From Candidatus Kaiserbacteria bacterium (GTDB lineage Bacteria > Patescibacteriota > Minisyncoccia > Phycocordibacterales > UBA2100), in the NCBI GenBank assembly GCA_016867375.1, contig VGJQ01000001.1, positions 21,394 to 85,393 on the forward strand: a stretch of DNA of 64,000 nucleotides. Reading direction: 5' to 3'. The position numbers were made by a program, and so were the translations under genes. Under the pieces are notes generated by a model. The model was given only the letters and a program-made list of their open reading frames with translations. It was not told the DNA's origin and did not search any database. Below, one piece after another: positions 38,480-48,046 of the stretch (the stretch's first letter is position 1; every line of letters begins with the position of its first letter).

Positions 38480-39583
38480 ATGAAGATCAGCGTAAGAAAA
38501 GATTCGATACTTCAAGCAGTTCTCATCTCAGAACGCATCACGGGAAAGAAGGAGTCGCTCCCTGTCCTTTCGTGCATCTTGATAGATACCCAAGATGAAG
38601 TAGTGGTCCGGGCAACCAACCTTGAGGCGGGCGTCGAGGTCCAGGTACCTGCCGATATCGAGGAGAAGGGGAGGGTGGCGGTGGTTGCGGGAATACTCGC
38701 ACAGACTATTCGTTCGATCAGTGGTGAGACGATAACACTCAAAACGAGTGATGACGGAAACCTCATTATCGAGGCAAAGGGTACCAAGACGATCATGAAA
38801 GCGATACCCCATGAGGAATTCCCGGTGCTGTCGCGTGAAAATGCAGATATTAAAGGCGTTGTGGTGGCGCGTGAGCGCTTTTTGCGCGGCATTCAGGCGG
38901 TCATTTATGCGACATCTCCTTCTATGATCCGTCCCGAGCTTGGGAGCGTGTATATTTCCATCAAACAGGGCGCCATTGTGTGCGCGGCGACCGATTCTTT
39001 CCGCTTGTCCGAAAAGACGATTCCAGGCGGATCAGTGGAAGATGTGGGGGATATTCTTGTGCCATTGAAACATGCACTCGAAATGGTTCATATTTTGGAG
39101 AAGATATCATCTGAGACTATTGCTATCAGACTCGAAGAGACAGATCTCGATATTCGTTCCGGCTCGGTGCGGTTTGTCTCGAGGATCGTCGATGCGACCT
39201 TCCCAAACTACAAAGAGATAATCCCAAAGAAATTTGCGACCGAGGCGACCCTGCTTAAGGGTGATTTTATGGAGATGCTTAGAAAGGCGCGGATTTTTTC
39301 TGGCAACGACCAGTATGTGGGGCTGCACGTCTATCCGTCACGAAAGATATTTTCTGCAACGGCACGCAGTAATGATGTGGGGGAGATGTCCGATACGATC
39401 GATGCGGCGATTTCCGGCGAGGATATCGATATCAATTTTCACATCGGCTATCTCGCCGACTGTCTCTCTTCGATAGAGTCCGACAGTATTACAATCGGAT
39501 TCGGCGGCATCGGGCGCCCAATGGTGATCCGTGGCGTCTCTGATGCGACATTTACCTACCTGGTAATGCCACTTAATCGCTAG
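38480..39583 (+). CDS. dnaN: DNA polymerase III beta clamp
   Basis: LPVLSCIL, RATNLE, AATDSFRL, FPNYKEIIP, YLVMPL. Confidence 0.96.
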   Translation: MKISVRKDSILQAVLISERITGKKESLPVLSCILIDTQDEVVVRATNLEAGVEVQVPADIEEKGRVAVVAGILAQTIRSISGETITLKTSDDGNLIIEAKGTKTIMKAIPHEEFPVLSRENADIKGVVVARERFLRGIQAVIYATSPSMIRPELGSVYISIKQGAIVCAATDSFRLSEKTIPGGSVEDVGDILVPLKHALEMVHILEKISSETIAIRLEETDLDIRSGSVRFVSRIVDATFPNYKEIIPKKFATEATLLKGDFMEMLRKARIFSGNDQYVGLHVYPSRKIFSATARSNDVGEMSDTIDAAISGEDIDINFHIGYLADCLSSIESDSITIGFGGIGRPMVIRGVSDATFTYLVMPLNR

Positions 39584-39627
39584 ACTATACCGTCTCTCAT
39601 TAAGGGCTTGTCCGTCAATGGAAAATT

Positions 39628-39760
39628 CCGTCTTTGCGAGGCCTTTGGCCGAAGCAATCCAGAGTGCTACCACTCACCCTAGGCTGCTTCGTTTTGCACC
39701 ACAAGGGCACTTCCATTTTTCTAAGCCTTGGCTAAGAAAAATTGGTCGCTCGCAAAGACA
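39628..39760. repeat. GTCTTTGCGAG...CGAAGCAATCC REP-like element, copy 1
   Basis: About 50 nt nearly identical to 56497-56578; ends CTCGCAAAGAC. Confidence 0.8.
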
Positions 39761-39787
39761 CTACCGGTAGGTTGGTTGGAAATGGTA

Positions 39788-42028
39788 TTAGAATTGCGGA
39801 ATGATTGTGTGGAGGGGGATGGTGGTCCCAGGGATTGTTGTCGTCTGTTGGGTGGGAAGATTTGTGGTAGGGAACGGGCCTTCGCCCGAAGGCGTACTGG
39901 AACCTACCTTCGGTTCCATCCATAGCTGTACAGCGTGATCCCAGTAAGGGAACTGCGAATCACTGTACGGATTTCCGGTTTGGGCGAGGCGAGGGTTATC
40001 CCGCTGTACCCAAAAGAGAATTTCGTGTACTCCCCGGCTGGGGTCGGTATTCCAGTTACCACGAAGTACGGAAGGGGTTGTCAGTATGTCTGGGTCGGGA
40101 GACGGAGGGGTGAATCGATCAGCGGGATACTTTTCAGTGGCATACATGACGACCTCGTGCCACGGTGGGGCGACGATGAAGGAGGCAACTTTTTTAAACA
40201 TGGGACTATTGTCGTTGTTGCCAGCCCATGCCCCCACAACGATAGAGGGGCTATAACCGATGATCCATGCGTCGCGCGAGTCGTTGGTGGTACCGGTCTT
40301 AGCGGCGATGTCCATCCCAGGGAAGTGGAGGGGGCTGCTTGCGCCAAATGCCGGTGTGCGGGCGATATTGTCTGAAAGGACGTTGTTGATGAGTCGTGCC
40401 ACTTGTGGATCAAGTACGCGCTCGGAATTATCCTCGTACTTTTCCAGTACGTGTCCGCGATTATCGCGTATCTCGAGGATGCCTGTCGACGGATTTCGGA
40501 CGCCGTCGTTGGCAAACACGCCGTACGCACTCGTCATATCGAGGAGAGTGACTTCACCACCACCGAGCACGAGAGTGAGCCCATATCGATCAGGATCTCC
40601 GAGTGTGGAAATACCAAATGATTCGGCGAGGTTGATGGAGTTTTGTATGTTGGCGAGGTAGAGGGTCTTGATGGCGGGAATATTTTGGGATTGTGCGAGC
40701 GCATTGCGAAGCGTCATAGGGCCCTTAAATGTCTCGTCATAATTCTGAGGGCTGTAGCAAGGGGGTTCGTTGTTGGCGACATCCTGTACACTGCAGGCGG
40801 TAGAAAATTGCGTCTGAAGGTCAAAGACGATTGTCTCTGGTGTGTATCCTTTGGCAAATGCTGCAGCGTACACAAACGGCTTAAATGATGATCCTGGCTG
40901 ACGGTGAGCTATCGTTACATTGACCTGCCCATCGATATCTTCACTGAAGAATTCTTTTGATCCCACCATAGTAAGGATGTGTCCGGTCTTCGGGTCGATC
41001 GCGACGAGTCCCATATTGGATGCATTGAAATTGCCTTGCATACCGGGTGCATACGCTCGTATGACCGATTCGGCCTTTTCTTGCAGGTCATAATCAAGTG
41101 TTGTGATGACGCGCAGGCCCTCGTTGTTGACCGCGTCAACGCCGTATTTCTCTTCGAGATATTGTCGGATGAAGAATACAAAATGCGGCGCCTTGATGCC
41201 GGCCTCTTTTTCTATGCGAAACTCTACCTTTTCATTCTTTGCGGTCTCATACTCTTCTGGAGTGATATGTCCCAACACTTTCATCCTTTGTAGTACGAGA
41301 TCTTTGCGCCTGTCGAGTGACTCGCGGTTGTTGCCATATGGTGAATAGTATGTCGGTGCCTGTGGGATCGCGGCGAGGTACGCTGCCTGCGCAAGATCGA
41401 CATCTTTTGCATCGATGCCGAAGAAGTATTGTGATGCCTCTTGGACACCATACAGCGTGCCGCCGTAGGGCGACTCGTTCAGATACGTGTTGAGGATCTG
41501 ATCTTTTGAATAAATGCGTGTCAGGCGAAGCGCAAGGATGATTTCCTGGAGTTTACGAAGGATGGTTTTGTTTTGGGAGAGGAGGGCGTTTTTGACGACC
41601 TGTTGGGTGATGGTGGATCCGCCTTGGCGATATGAACCGCTGGTGATGTCGACAAATATCGCGCGGGCGAGGGAGAGGGGGCGGAATCCGGCGTTGGTAT
41701 AGAAGGTGGAGTCTTCGATGGCGATGGTCGCGTTGCGGATGTAGGGAGAGATTTCCTCGATAGGGACTGAGGTGCGGCGTACTGTCCCGTGCACATCGTA
41801 GAGCACGATATTGCCTGTGCGATCGTATATTTTGGTTGATTCTGCTACCTGGCGCGCCTCAAAGTTGTTGATCGAGGGGATCGGCATGATCGCCGCCCAT
41901 ATGAGCATGGCGCCAAAAATGAAGAGAAATAAGGAAAAAGCGCCTATAGCGGCGAGTTTTAGCCACTGTAAAGTAGTATTCTCTTCCAGTTTTTTAAGCG
42001 GCCGTAGGTGGCGGCGTAATCTGTGCAT
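39788..42028 (-). CDS. Class A penicillin-binding protein (PBP1A-like)
   Basis: AIED, GGSTITQQ, RKLQE, QPGSSFKP (SxxK), SQN, KTGTT. Confidence 0.95.
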   Translation of the reverse strand: MHRLRRHLRPLKKLEENTTLQWLKLAAIGAFSLFLFIFGAMLIWAAIMPIPSINNFEARQVAESTKIYDRTGNIVLYDVHGTVRRTSVPIEEISPYIRNATIAIEDSTFYTNAGFRPLSLARAIFVDITSGSYRQGGSTITQQVVKNALLSQNKTILRKLQEIILALRLTRIYSKDQILNTYLNESPYGGTLYGVQEASQYFFGIDAKDVDLAQAAYLAAIPQAPTYYSPYGNNRESLDRRKDLVLQRMKVLGHITPEEYETAKNEKVEFRIEKEAGIKAPHFVFFIRQYLEEKYGVDAVNNEGLRVITTLDYDLQEKAESVIRAYAPGMQGNFNASNMGLVAIDPKTGHILTMVGSKEFFSEDIDGQVNVTIAHRQPGSSFKPFVYAAAFAKGYTPETIVFDLQTQFSTACSVQDVANNEPPCYSPQNYDETFKGPMTLRNALAQSQNIPAIKTLYLANIQNSINLAESFGISTLGDPDRYGLTLVLGGGEVTLLDMTSAYGVFANDGVRNPSTGILEIRDNRGHVLEKYEDNSERVLDPQVARLINNVLSDNIARTPAFGASSPLHFPGMDIAAKTGTTNDSRDAWIIGYSPSIVVGAWAGNNDNSPMFKKVASFIVAPPWHEVVMYATEKYPADRFTPPSPDPDILTTPSVLRGNWNTDPSRGVHEILFWVQRDNPRLAQTGNPYSDSQFPYWDHAVQLWMEPKVGSSTPSGEGPFPTTNLPTQQTTTIPGTTIPLHTIIPQF

Positions 42029-42091
42029 AACGTGTGGATATTGTAACCCCGATTCCCGCCCAAAGACAACTAATAGAGGTGTTTATCGCAG

Positions 42092-42562
42092 CTATCTTTG
42101 GTGTGCCAAATGGGTCACACCAACGGCGATAGCATCATATTCGTCGTCGTATCGGACCACTTTTTCGATTTTGAGCAACATACGGAGCATGCGGGCGACG
42201 GTCGTCTTGTCAGCGGCGCCAAACCCTGCTGCTGCATTTTTGATCTGACCAGGAGTGTATTCAAAAGCAGGAATACCCGCGAGCGCAGCAGTATTGAGGA
42301 GTGCCCCGCGCATCTCGGCCACGCGCATCGCCGTCTTCTGATTATTGCTAAAATAGAGCCGCTCCATCGCCATATGGTCCGGGGAGTGTTCGGTGATGAG
42401 TCGTGCGCAGGCGTCTGCGACTGCCGCGAGCCGCTCGCTAAACTCATCTTTCGGCGACGTCTCGACACAATCGGAGTAAATGAGTATCTCTTTGCCGCCC
42501 ACCTTCTCCACTACTGCCATACCACAGCGACCGTAGCCAGGGTCTATCGCGAGGACTTTCAT
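42092..42562 (-). CDS. ruvC: Holliday junction resolvase RuvC
   Basis: MKVLAIDPG, MAMERLYF, EYTPGQIK, DDEYDAIAV. Confidence 0.94.
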   Translation of the reverse strand: MKVLAIDPGYGRCGMAVVEKVGGKEILIYSDCVETSPKDEFSERLAAVADACARLITEHSPDHMAMERLYFSNNQKTAMRVAEMRGALLNTAALAGIPAFEYTPGQIKNAAAGFGAADKTTVARMLRMLLKIEKVVRYDDEYDAIAVGVTHLAHQR

Positions 42563-42606
42563 GAGGTGAATTGTAACAGAGAGCATCTAAAATGTATGAT
42601 GCGTAT

Positions 42607-43143
42607 ATGATCGAATACGTCCACCAAGTAAATGCTCGTGCGTGGGGGATGCGGATCTCGGTACGGGTGGATGGGGAAGTGGTGGTAACGACGCCGCGAT
42701 TTGTGACCAAGAGGATGATTGATTCGTTTGTGGCCACACACACTGACTGGATATCGCGGCATGTCGCGCGAGCGCGAGCACGCACGGTGATGAGGATACC
42801 GCGCAAGGATGTCGCGACGCTCAAAAAGCACGCGCGAGAGCTCGCAGAAAGCCGCTGCGCGCACTTTGCAAGACAGTACGGCCTGACATACAAAAAGATA
42901 TCTATCCGCGCGCAGAAATCGCGATGGGGGAGCTGCTCGACCGCGGGCAATCTCAGTTTCAATTACAAGATCGCGCTTTTGCCGCCACATCTCGCCGACT
43001 ACATCGTCGTGCACGAGATATGCCACCTCGTACACATGAATCATTCAAAAAAGTTTTGGGACCTCGTGGCACAGACCATGCCGGATCACAAGAAATATCG
43101 CACGGAACTGCGCCGGACACATATAGTAAGGGCCCGTTCATAA
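42607..43143 (+). CDS. YgjP/DUF45-like zinc metalloprotease (M48/SprT-like)
   Basis: QKSRWGSCS, YIVVHEICH (HExxH), NHSKKFW. Confidence 0.88.
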   Translation: MIEYVHQVNARAWGMRISVRVDGEVVVTTPRFVTKRMIDSFVATHTDWISRHVARARARTVMRIPRKDVATLKKHARELAESRCAHFARQYGLTYKKISIRAQKSRWGSCSTAGNLSFNYKIALLPPHLADYIVVHEICHLVHMNHSKKFWDLVAQTMPDHKKYRTELRRTHIVRARS

Positions 43144-43241
43144 ATAACTAGACCCCGATACCATGTATGCATGACTTCCATGGAGAGTGGAATTACACGA
43201 TCGGGCCGCACCGAAGGATACAATTATTTACGGAAGAGCCC
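43130..43241. mobile_element. 112-bp MITE with TAA duplication
   Basis: TAA|GGGCCCGTTCATAAATAA...TTATTTACGGAAGAGCCC|TAA; supplies the stop codon of the metalloprotease gene. Confidence 0.7.
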
Positions 43242-43302
43242 TAATTAGTTAGTCAAAAGCCAGGCTTTCTACAGTTGTGCAAGCCTGGCTTGCACAACAG
43301 GC

Positions 43303-43836
43303 CTACTCCGCATTGGTGTAGACGTCTTCGACATCGTCGTGATTATCGAGCTCGTCCATGACCTTCATGAGGGCTTCGTTGTCGGCTTCGGAGAGGGGGA
43401 CTGTCGTCTGCGCTTCGTAGCTTCCATCGGCTTGGCGAGCAAAAGCCCATGCAGCGGAGCCCTGTGCGGCGAGCGCGAGGCCGTTCTTAGAAAGGAGGTG
43501 TTTGATCTCTTGTGCGGTGCGGTTGCGGTTGTCGGTCAGTGCTGCAGCGATGATCGCGGCACCTCCGGGGCCATATGCCTCATATACGACCGGCTCCATG
43601 GCGCCGGCGTCCTTCGATACACCTTTGGCCACCGCGGCCTCAATCTTGTCTTTTGGCATATTGGCCTTGCGGGCCTTTTCGATATAGGTGCGCAGAGAGG
43701 GCGAGGTGGTGTCGCCACCAGCCAGCTTGGATTCGACCGTGATGCGGCGTGAGAGCTTACCCCACTCTCTACTCTTGCTTGCATCCGTCGCTGCCTTTTT
43801 ATGCTTTATCTGCGCCCATTTGTTGTGTCCGGACAT
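43303..43836 (-). CDS. yebC: YebC/PmpR-family protein (short form)
   Basis: MSGHNKWAQIKHKK, YEAYGPGG, TDNRNRT, DDVEDVYTN. Confidence 0.95.
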   Translation of the reverse strand: MSGHNKWAQIKHKKAATDASKSREWGKLSRRITVESKLAGGDTTSPSLRTYIEKARKANMPKDKIEAAVAKGVSKDAGAMEPVVYEAYGPGGAAIIAAALTDNRNRTAQEIKHLLSKNGLALAAQGSAAWAFARQADGSYEAQTTVPLSEADNEALMKVMDELDNHDDVEDVYTNAE

Positions 43837-43885
43837 ATGGACCTACTGTATATCGGAAGCAGTGCTGCCGCAATTTACCAAGCTC

Positions 43886-44458
43886 TTATTTGGTTTGGAA
43901 TGGATATTTTCCCGTATCAATCCGATATAAAAGGAGTGAGGAGAGTGTTACGGCAATAGCAGATGGCCAGGGATTAAAGAAAAAGATGCCAGCGAGAAAC
44001 GGCATGGCCGCAGCTCCAAATGTCAAAAACCCAAACATAGAGCGCATACGAATCAGCTCGTAGGCGAATAGTATGGCCGGGATAACACCAAGTAGTATGG
44101 CGAGATTGGCGAGCATGTTACCAGTCCTTCCTTCAAATGAAGTAAAACCGTCGCCCCCAAATACTATTGATAAACCAACTAAGCCAATACCAATACCGAA
44201 CATAACAGATGCCCCTATAAGCAAGGCGACTGATATTGAGAAACGTTTTCCACCATACGACTCTGCCACTACCACATACCCATAGAGATGCCTCGCAAAC
44301 ACCATAGTGGAAAAGGTGAGTATAAGGAACAAGGGTAGTAAGTGTTCAGACAAGGTCAGTATCGATGTAAGGGAGAGAAAAAGAATGCACACACAGATGA
44401 AAAGAATCCCCGCAACAATGGACTTTCTAATTTGAGGACTGTGCACAGCCGACAACAT
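43886..44458 (-). CDS. Hypothetical polytopic membrane protein
   Basis: About 6 hydrophobic segments; TATACT 6 nt before the ATG. Confidence 0.65.
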   Translation of the reverse strand: MLSAVHSPQIRKSIVAGILFICVCILFLSLTSILTLSEHLLPLFLILTFSTMVFARHLYGYVVVAESYGGKRFSISVALLIGASVMFGIGIGLVGLSIVFGGDGFTSFEGRTGNMLANLAILLGVIPAILFAYELIRMRSMFGFLTFGAAAMPFLAGIFFFNPWPSAIAVTLSSLLLYRIDTGKYPFQTK

Positions 44459-44509
44459 GCATGTAGTATACCAACACCTATGTAATAAGGGATGGTGTAA
44501 AATAAACGA

Positions 44510-45610
44510 ATGGAATTTATTAAATTGGTGTTCACTTCTATTGCAGTATTGTTTGGTAGCTTGTTTGGGGGAGGACACTCGACGTCGGCACCTCCTCCCA
44601 CGCTACTCAGCGATCAGGAAACTACCGTTATAGAACAACGCATCCGCGATGAATTATCGACGGAGCGCGATCGTGTTGGTCCTGGGCCTGCAAAACAGTC
44701 GCAGGTCACTCCGGTTCCTGTTGATCCCACACAGCCCGACCCTCCGGTTTGCAATAGTCCTTCTGTGAGTGATGAGCGGGATATAAAGAAGCTTTCTCAA
44801 ATCGAAGCAGAAATCCAATCACTCAACAATCGCCTATCATCCATATCAGATACAAATGTCGATGCGTCCCTGCGGCTACAAATACAGCGAGAAGATCTGC
44901 TTTCGCAGTACGATCAACTTACCGCATCAATTACAAAACAACAGGTGGGAACAGTATCAGCTTCGATGCAATCCTCTATATACAAGGCCTATTGTGGTAC
45001 CTCTACGCGTATTGCTGGTGTAGATGGCTTACCGGCACAATCCTTTAACGAGACGCTTTCAAAAACCGACTTCAACACACTCACGTGTAATCTGAGTAAG
45101 AAGACCTACCAGGGCGCGCAAGTACCAGTCGCCCTCTATTATATGGGATTTAAGCTTTTCCAGGCCGACAGATTTGACGATAGCTTCGCTTTTTATTCGT
45201 GTGCGGCGCACACATATTTCCATCTTACAGCAATCTACAGAGTAGCTCAGGTATATCTCTATGGATCCGATGACCTCAGAGAAGACAACGCATCGCTCGT
45301 CATCAAGAAACCTATTCTACAAGATAAAAAGAAGGCGTATTTTTGGATAGCGGTACTTTTTCATACAGAGTCGGCACAAAATACGGGAATGTTGGATACC
45401 GCAACCACTATGGGTTGGAATAGTGTCGGTATGTTGGATACCCTACAACAAGACCAAACTCTCTCCGACAACGACTTACTACAGATCGAACAAGAAGCAC
45501 GGGCCTTTGTTGGCAAAAAATATCCATCCGTCCTCAGCTCAAAATCATCTCTCTATAATCACTCGATGCGCGCCATGATCCCTGCACTCGAACAAGCCAC
45601 CGCCCGATAA
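44510..45610 (+). CDS. Secreted/anchored protein with coiled coil and Sel1-like repeats
   Basis: N-terminal hydrophobic segment; ALYYMG...YSCAA and AIYRVAQVYLYG...DKKKAYFW. Confidence 0.65.
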   Translation: MEFIKLVFTSIAVLFGSLFGGGHSTSAPPPTLLSDQETTVIEQRIRDELSTERDRVGPGPAKQSQVTPVPVDPTQPDPPVCNSPSVSDERDIKKLSQIEAEIQSLNNRLSSISDTNVDASLRLQIQREDLLSQYDQLTASITKQQVGTVSASMQSSIYKAYCGTSTRIAGVDGLPAQSFNETLSKTDFNTLTCNLSKKTYQGAQVPVALYYMGFKLFQADRFDDSFAFYSCAAHTYFHLTAIYRVAQVYLYGSDDLREDNASLVIKKPILQDKKKAYFWIAVLFHTESAQNTGMLDTATTMGWNSVGMLDTLQQDQTLSDNDLLQIEQEARAFVGKKYPSVLSSKSSLYNHSMRAMIPALEQATAR

Positions 45611-45686
45611 AAGGACACAAGCCAGACCCCTGTACCCACAAACAAAAAAACGAGCGGATCATACAATGTCCGCTCGTTGTACATCG

Positions 45687-46496
45687 CTATGCCCCACTGA
45701 AAAAGCGTTTCGCTTCCTTCCAATAGTCTATCGTCATTCCTATATCGATAGGATCGAGCGCATTCCTGCTTGGACGAAGTCGCACTTGTGCGCAGATACT
45801 GATGTCTGTATGAAGACCTTCTCGTTTGAAGGGATTCAGTAGATTGATGGTCGTAGGACCCAGTCCACCCGCCGCAATCATACCCACACACTTATCGGAG
45901 AGACGTTTACGAAGTGCTTTGCAGTACGTGATCAACAACTCCGCATCCATACCCTTTCCCTGGCCCATGCTTTTGTCGAAGAGTACTGCGTCGAGGCAGT
46001 TGGCCTGATAGTACTCCACCAATTTTTCGGCAACGATATCTGGGTCGTTGCCCGCCTCCTCCATGGCACGAGCACCGACCTGTAGGATTATTTTGTGACG
46101 AATGGTGGTATAGCGCTTGAATGCCTGTCGGATATCATTGATATCCGGCCAGACCATGTCAAGCTGAATCGCATTCAGATGTTTACCACCCCAGCTGATT
46201 GCCTCACGGTAATCTTCTATGGTCGTCACATTGTCGTAGTCGGCGTAATGCAGGACGTTGCATACGAAAGGGTCGTCGAGAAAGATATTCGCGATCACTT
46301 CTTTAGGAGGAAACGCATTCGCCCACTTTGTTGGCAGGCCGTGAAGAGTTTTATAACTCATCATCACCCCGACCCCAAGCAGGTGTCGCGTTTTATGCGC
46401 AGTATCACTTTTTACGACCTTAAGGAGCTGCTGAACCTGCTCCGCGGATGTGATATCCGTGACACTGATATATGGGTCGAATGAGTTCATCTGCAT
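45687..46496 (-). CDS. Hypothetical TIM-barrel protein, TrpF-like motifs
   Basis: AIQL, VLFDKSMGQG, AAGGLGP. Confidence 0.6.
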   Translation of the reverse strand: MQMNSFDPYISVTDITSAEQVQQLLKVVKSDTAHKTRHLLGVGVMMSYKTLHGLPTKWANAFPPKEVIANIFLDDPFVCNVLHYADYDNVTTIEDYREAISWGGKHLNAIQLDMVWPDINDIRQAFKRYTTIRHKIILQVGARAMEEAGNDPDIVAEKLVEYYQANCLDAVLFDKSMGQGKGMDAELLITYCKALRKRLSDKCVGMIAAGGLGPTTINLLNPFKREGLHTDISICAQVRLRPSRNALDPIDIGMTIDYWKEAKRFFSGA

Positions 46497-46561
46497 GTAC
46501 TATCTCCATGACTCAAAGAGGTGTCCGCTCATAGAATACAGGACGCCAACTGAACAGGCAA

Positions 46562-47575
46562 TTACATGAGTGGTTGTTTTCTGAGCGGCGCTTCAGCGCC
46601 GATATGTGCGTATCCTTTTTTAGTCACGATGCGGCCGCGGGGGGTGCGCTCGAGGAGGCCGGCTTGGATGAGGTACGGCTCATGGACTTCTTCGATCGTC
46701 GCTTCTTCCTCGGAGAGCGCGGCGCCGATCGTCTTGAGGCCGACAGGGCCGCCGTTGAATTTGTCGGCGATCGTCGTGAGGATGTCGCGGTCTATCTGAT
46801 TGAGGCCGATCTCGTCGATTTCGAGGAGCGCGAGCGCTTTTTTGATCGTTTTGATGGTGAGCGGCTCACCTGAGACTTCGGCAAAGTCGCGTGCTCGCTT
46901 AAGGAGGTAATTAGCAGTGCGTGGTGTCGCCCGGCTGCGACGGGCGATCTCCATCGAGGACGCTTCGTCGATATCGATATTGAGAATTTTTGCCGAGCGT
47001 CGCAGTATCTCGGCGATCTCGGCATCGGTATAGTAATTGAGGCGGAAGGTGCCGCCGGAGAAGCGGCTGCGCAGCGGTGCCGAGAGGAGCGAGATGCGCG
47101 TCGTGGCAGCGATCAGGGTAAAGGGTGGGAGCTCGAGCTGTACGGTGCGCGCGGCAGGACCCTTGCCGATCACGATATCGAGCACTCCCGCTTCCATGGC
47201 AGGGTAGAGGACCTCCTCGATCATCCGATTGAGGCGGTGGATCTCGTCGATGAAGAGAACGTCGCCGGGTGAAAGATTGGTAAGGATACTGGCGAGGTCC
47301 CCGACGCGCTCGATGGCGGGTCCGGAGGTGCTGCGCAGCGATGCACCGATCTCTTTGGTGATGAGATGGGCGAGGGTGGTCTTGCCGAGGCCTGGCGGGC
47401 CGTAGAGGAGGATGTGCTCGGACTGCTGGGAGCGGCCTTTGGCGGCTTGGAGCAAAATACGTAGGTTTTCCTTGATGGTAGCCTGGCCCACATACTCGCC
47501 CCAGACGCCTGGACGCAGGGCCTGATCGAGCGATCGGGGGCTTTTTTCGAGGGGGGTGGGGGAGGGTTTTGTCAT
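46562..47575 (-). CDS. ruvB: Holliday junction helicase RuvB
   Basis: LRP, YGPPGLGKTTLA, FIDEIHRL, LYPAME, EPYLIQAG..RTPRGR. Confidence 0.97.
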   Translation of the reverse strand: MTKPSPTPLEKSPRSLDQALRPGVWGEYVGQATIKENLRILLQAAKGRSQQSEHILLYGPPGLGKTTLAHLITKEIGASLRSTSGPAIERVGDLASILTNLSPGDVLFIDEIHRLNRMIEEVLYPAMEAGVLDIVIGKGPAARTVQLELPPFTLIAATTRISLLSAPLRSRFSGGTFRLNYYTDAEIAEILRRSAKILNIDIDEASSMEIARRSRATPRTANYLLKRARDFAEVSGEPLTIKTIKKALALLEIDEIGLNQIDRDILTTIADKFNGGPVGLKTIGAALSEEEATIEEVHEPYLIQAGLLERTPRGRIVTKKGYAHIGAEAPLRKQPLM

Positions 47576-47585
47576 ACAAAATCTA

Positions 47586-47613
47586 TTGACTTTTATGTTG
47601 TATATGATATACT
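47586..47613 (+). promoter_or_regulatory. Sigma70-type promoter
   Basis: TTGACT-N16-TATACT with extended TG. Confidence 0.6.
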
Positions 47614-47679
47614 TCCATCAGCTGAAGTTTTTCAGGAGTTTTCGATTCATCAGCCACAAACAGAGGATCAATCCGGCTC

Positions 47680-47823
47680 GACGGAGGCGCGATTCTCTCA
47701 ACGATTGTATCATCATCCAGGACGGCGGCAGTCTGCCGCCACGCGGAATAGCACTTCCCCTATCCTGAGGTCATGACGCAGCTTTTCATTCAAAAGTGTC
47801 GTTGAGAGAATCGCGCCCCTGTC
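47680..47823 (+). ncRNA. Putative structured RNA or 5' leader
   Basis: 26-bp closing stem (47680-47705 / 47798-47823) with G-U pairs on the + strand and internal hairpins; downstream of a promoter. Confidence 0.45.
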
Positions 47824-47893
47824 TACCAATGATCACGATAGCATCTGCGGGCGCGCACACAAAGAGACTATCGTGGTGTGATGGAGGAAAGAC

Positions 47894-47992
47894 ATGTCAG
47901 TCGAAGTGGCACACGAACTCTCCAACGCCGTCGCGTATATTGCCGCGGCAGCTGTTGCAATCTTCTTCCTCAAATACGTCTTTCGAGGATAA
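47894..47992 (+). CDS. 32-aa hydrophobic peptide, absent from the ORF track
   Basis: GGAGG-N6-ATG; MSVEVAHELSNAVAYIAAAAVAIFFLKYVFRG; terminator at 48023-48048. Confidence 0.55.
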   Translation: MSVEVAHELSNAVAYIAAAAVAIFFLKYVFRG

Positions 47993-48046
47993 GAAGAAGA
48001 CAAATTTATTCGACCTAATCTTGAGCGGCCCCATTTGGGCCGCTTT

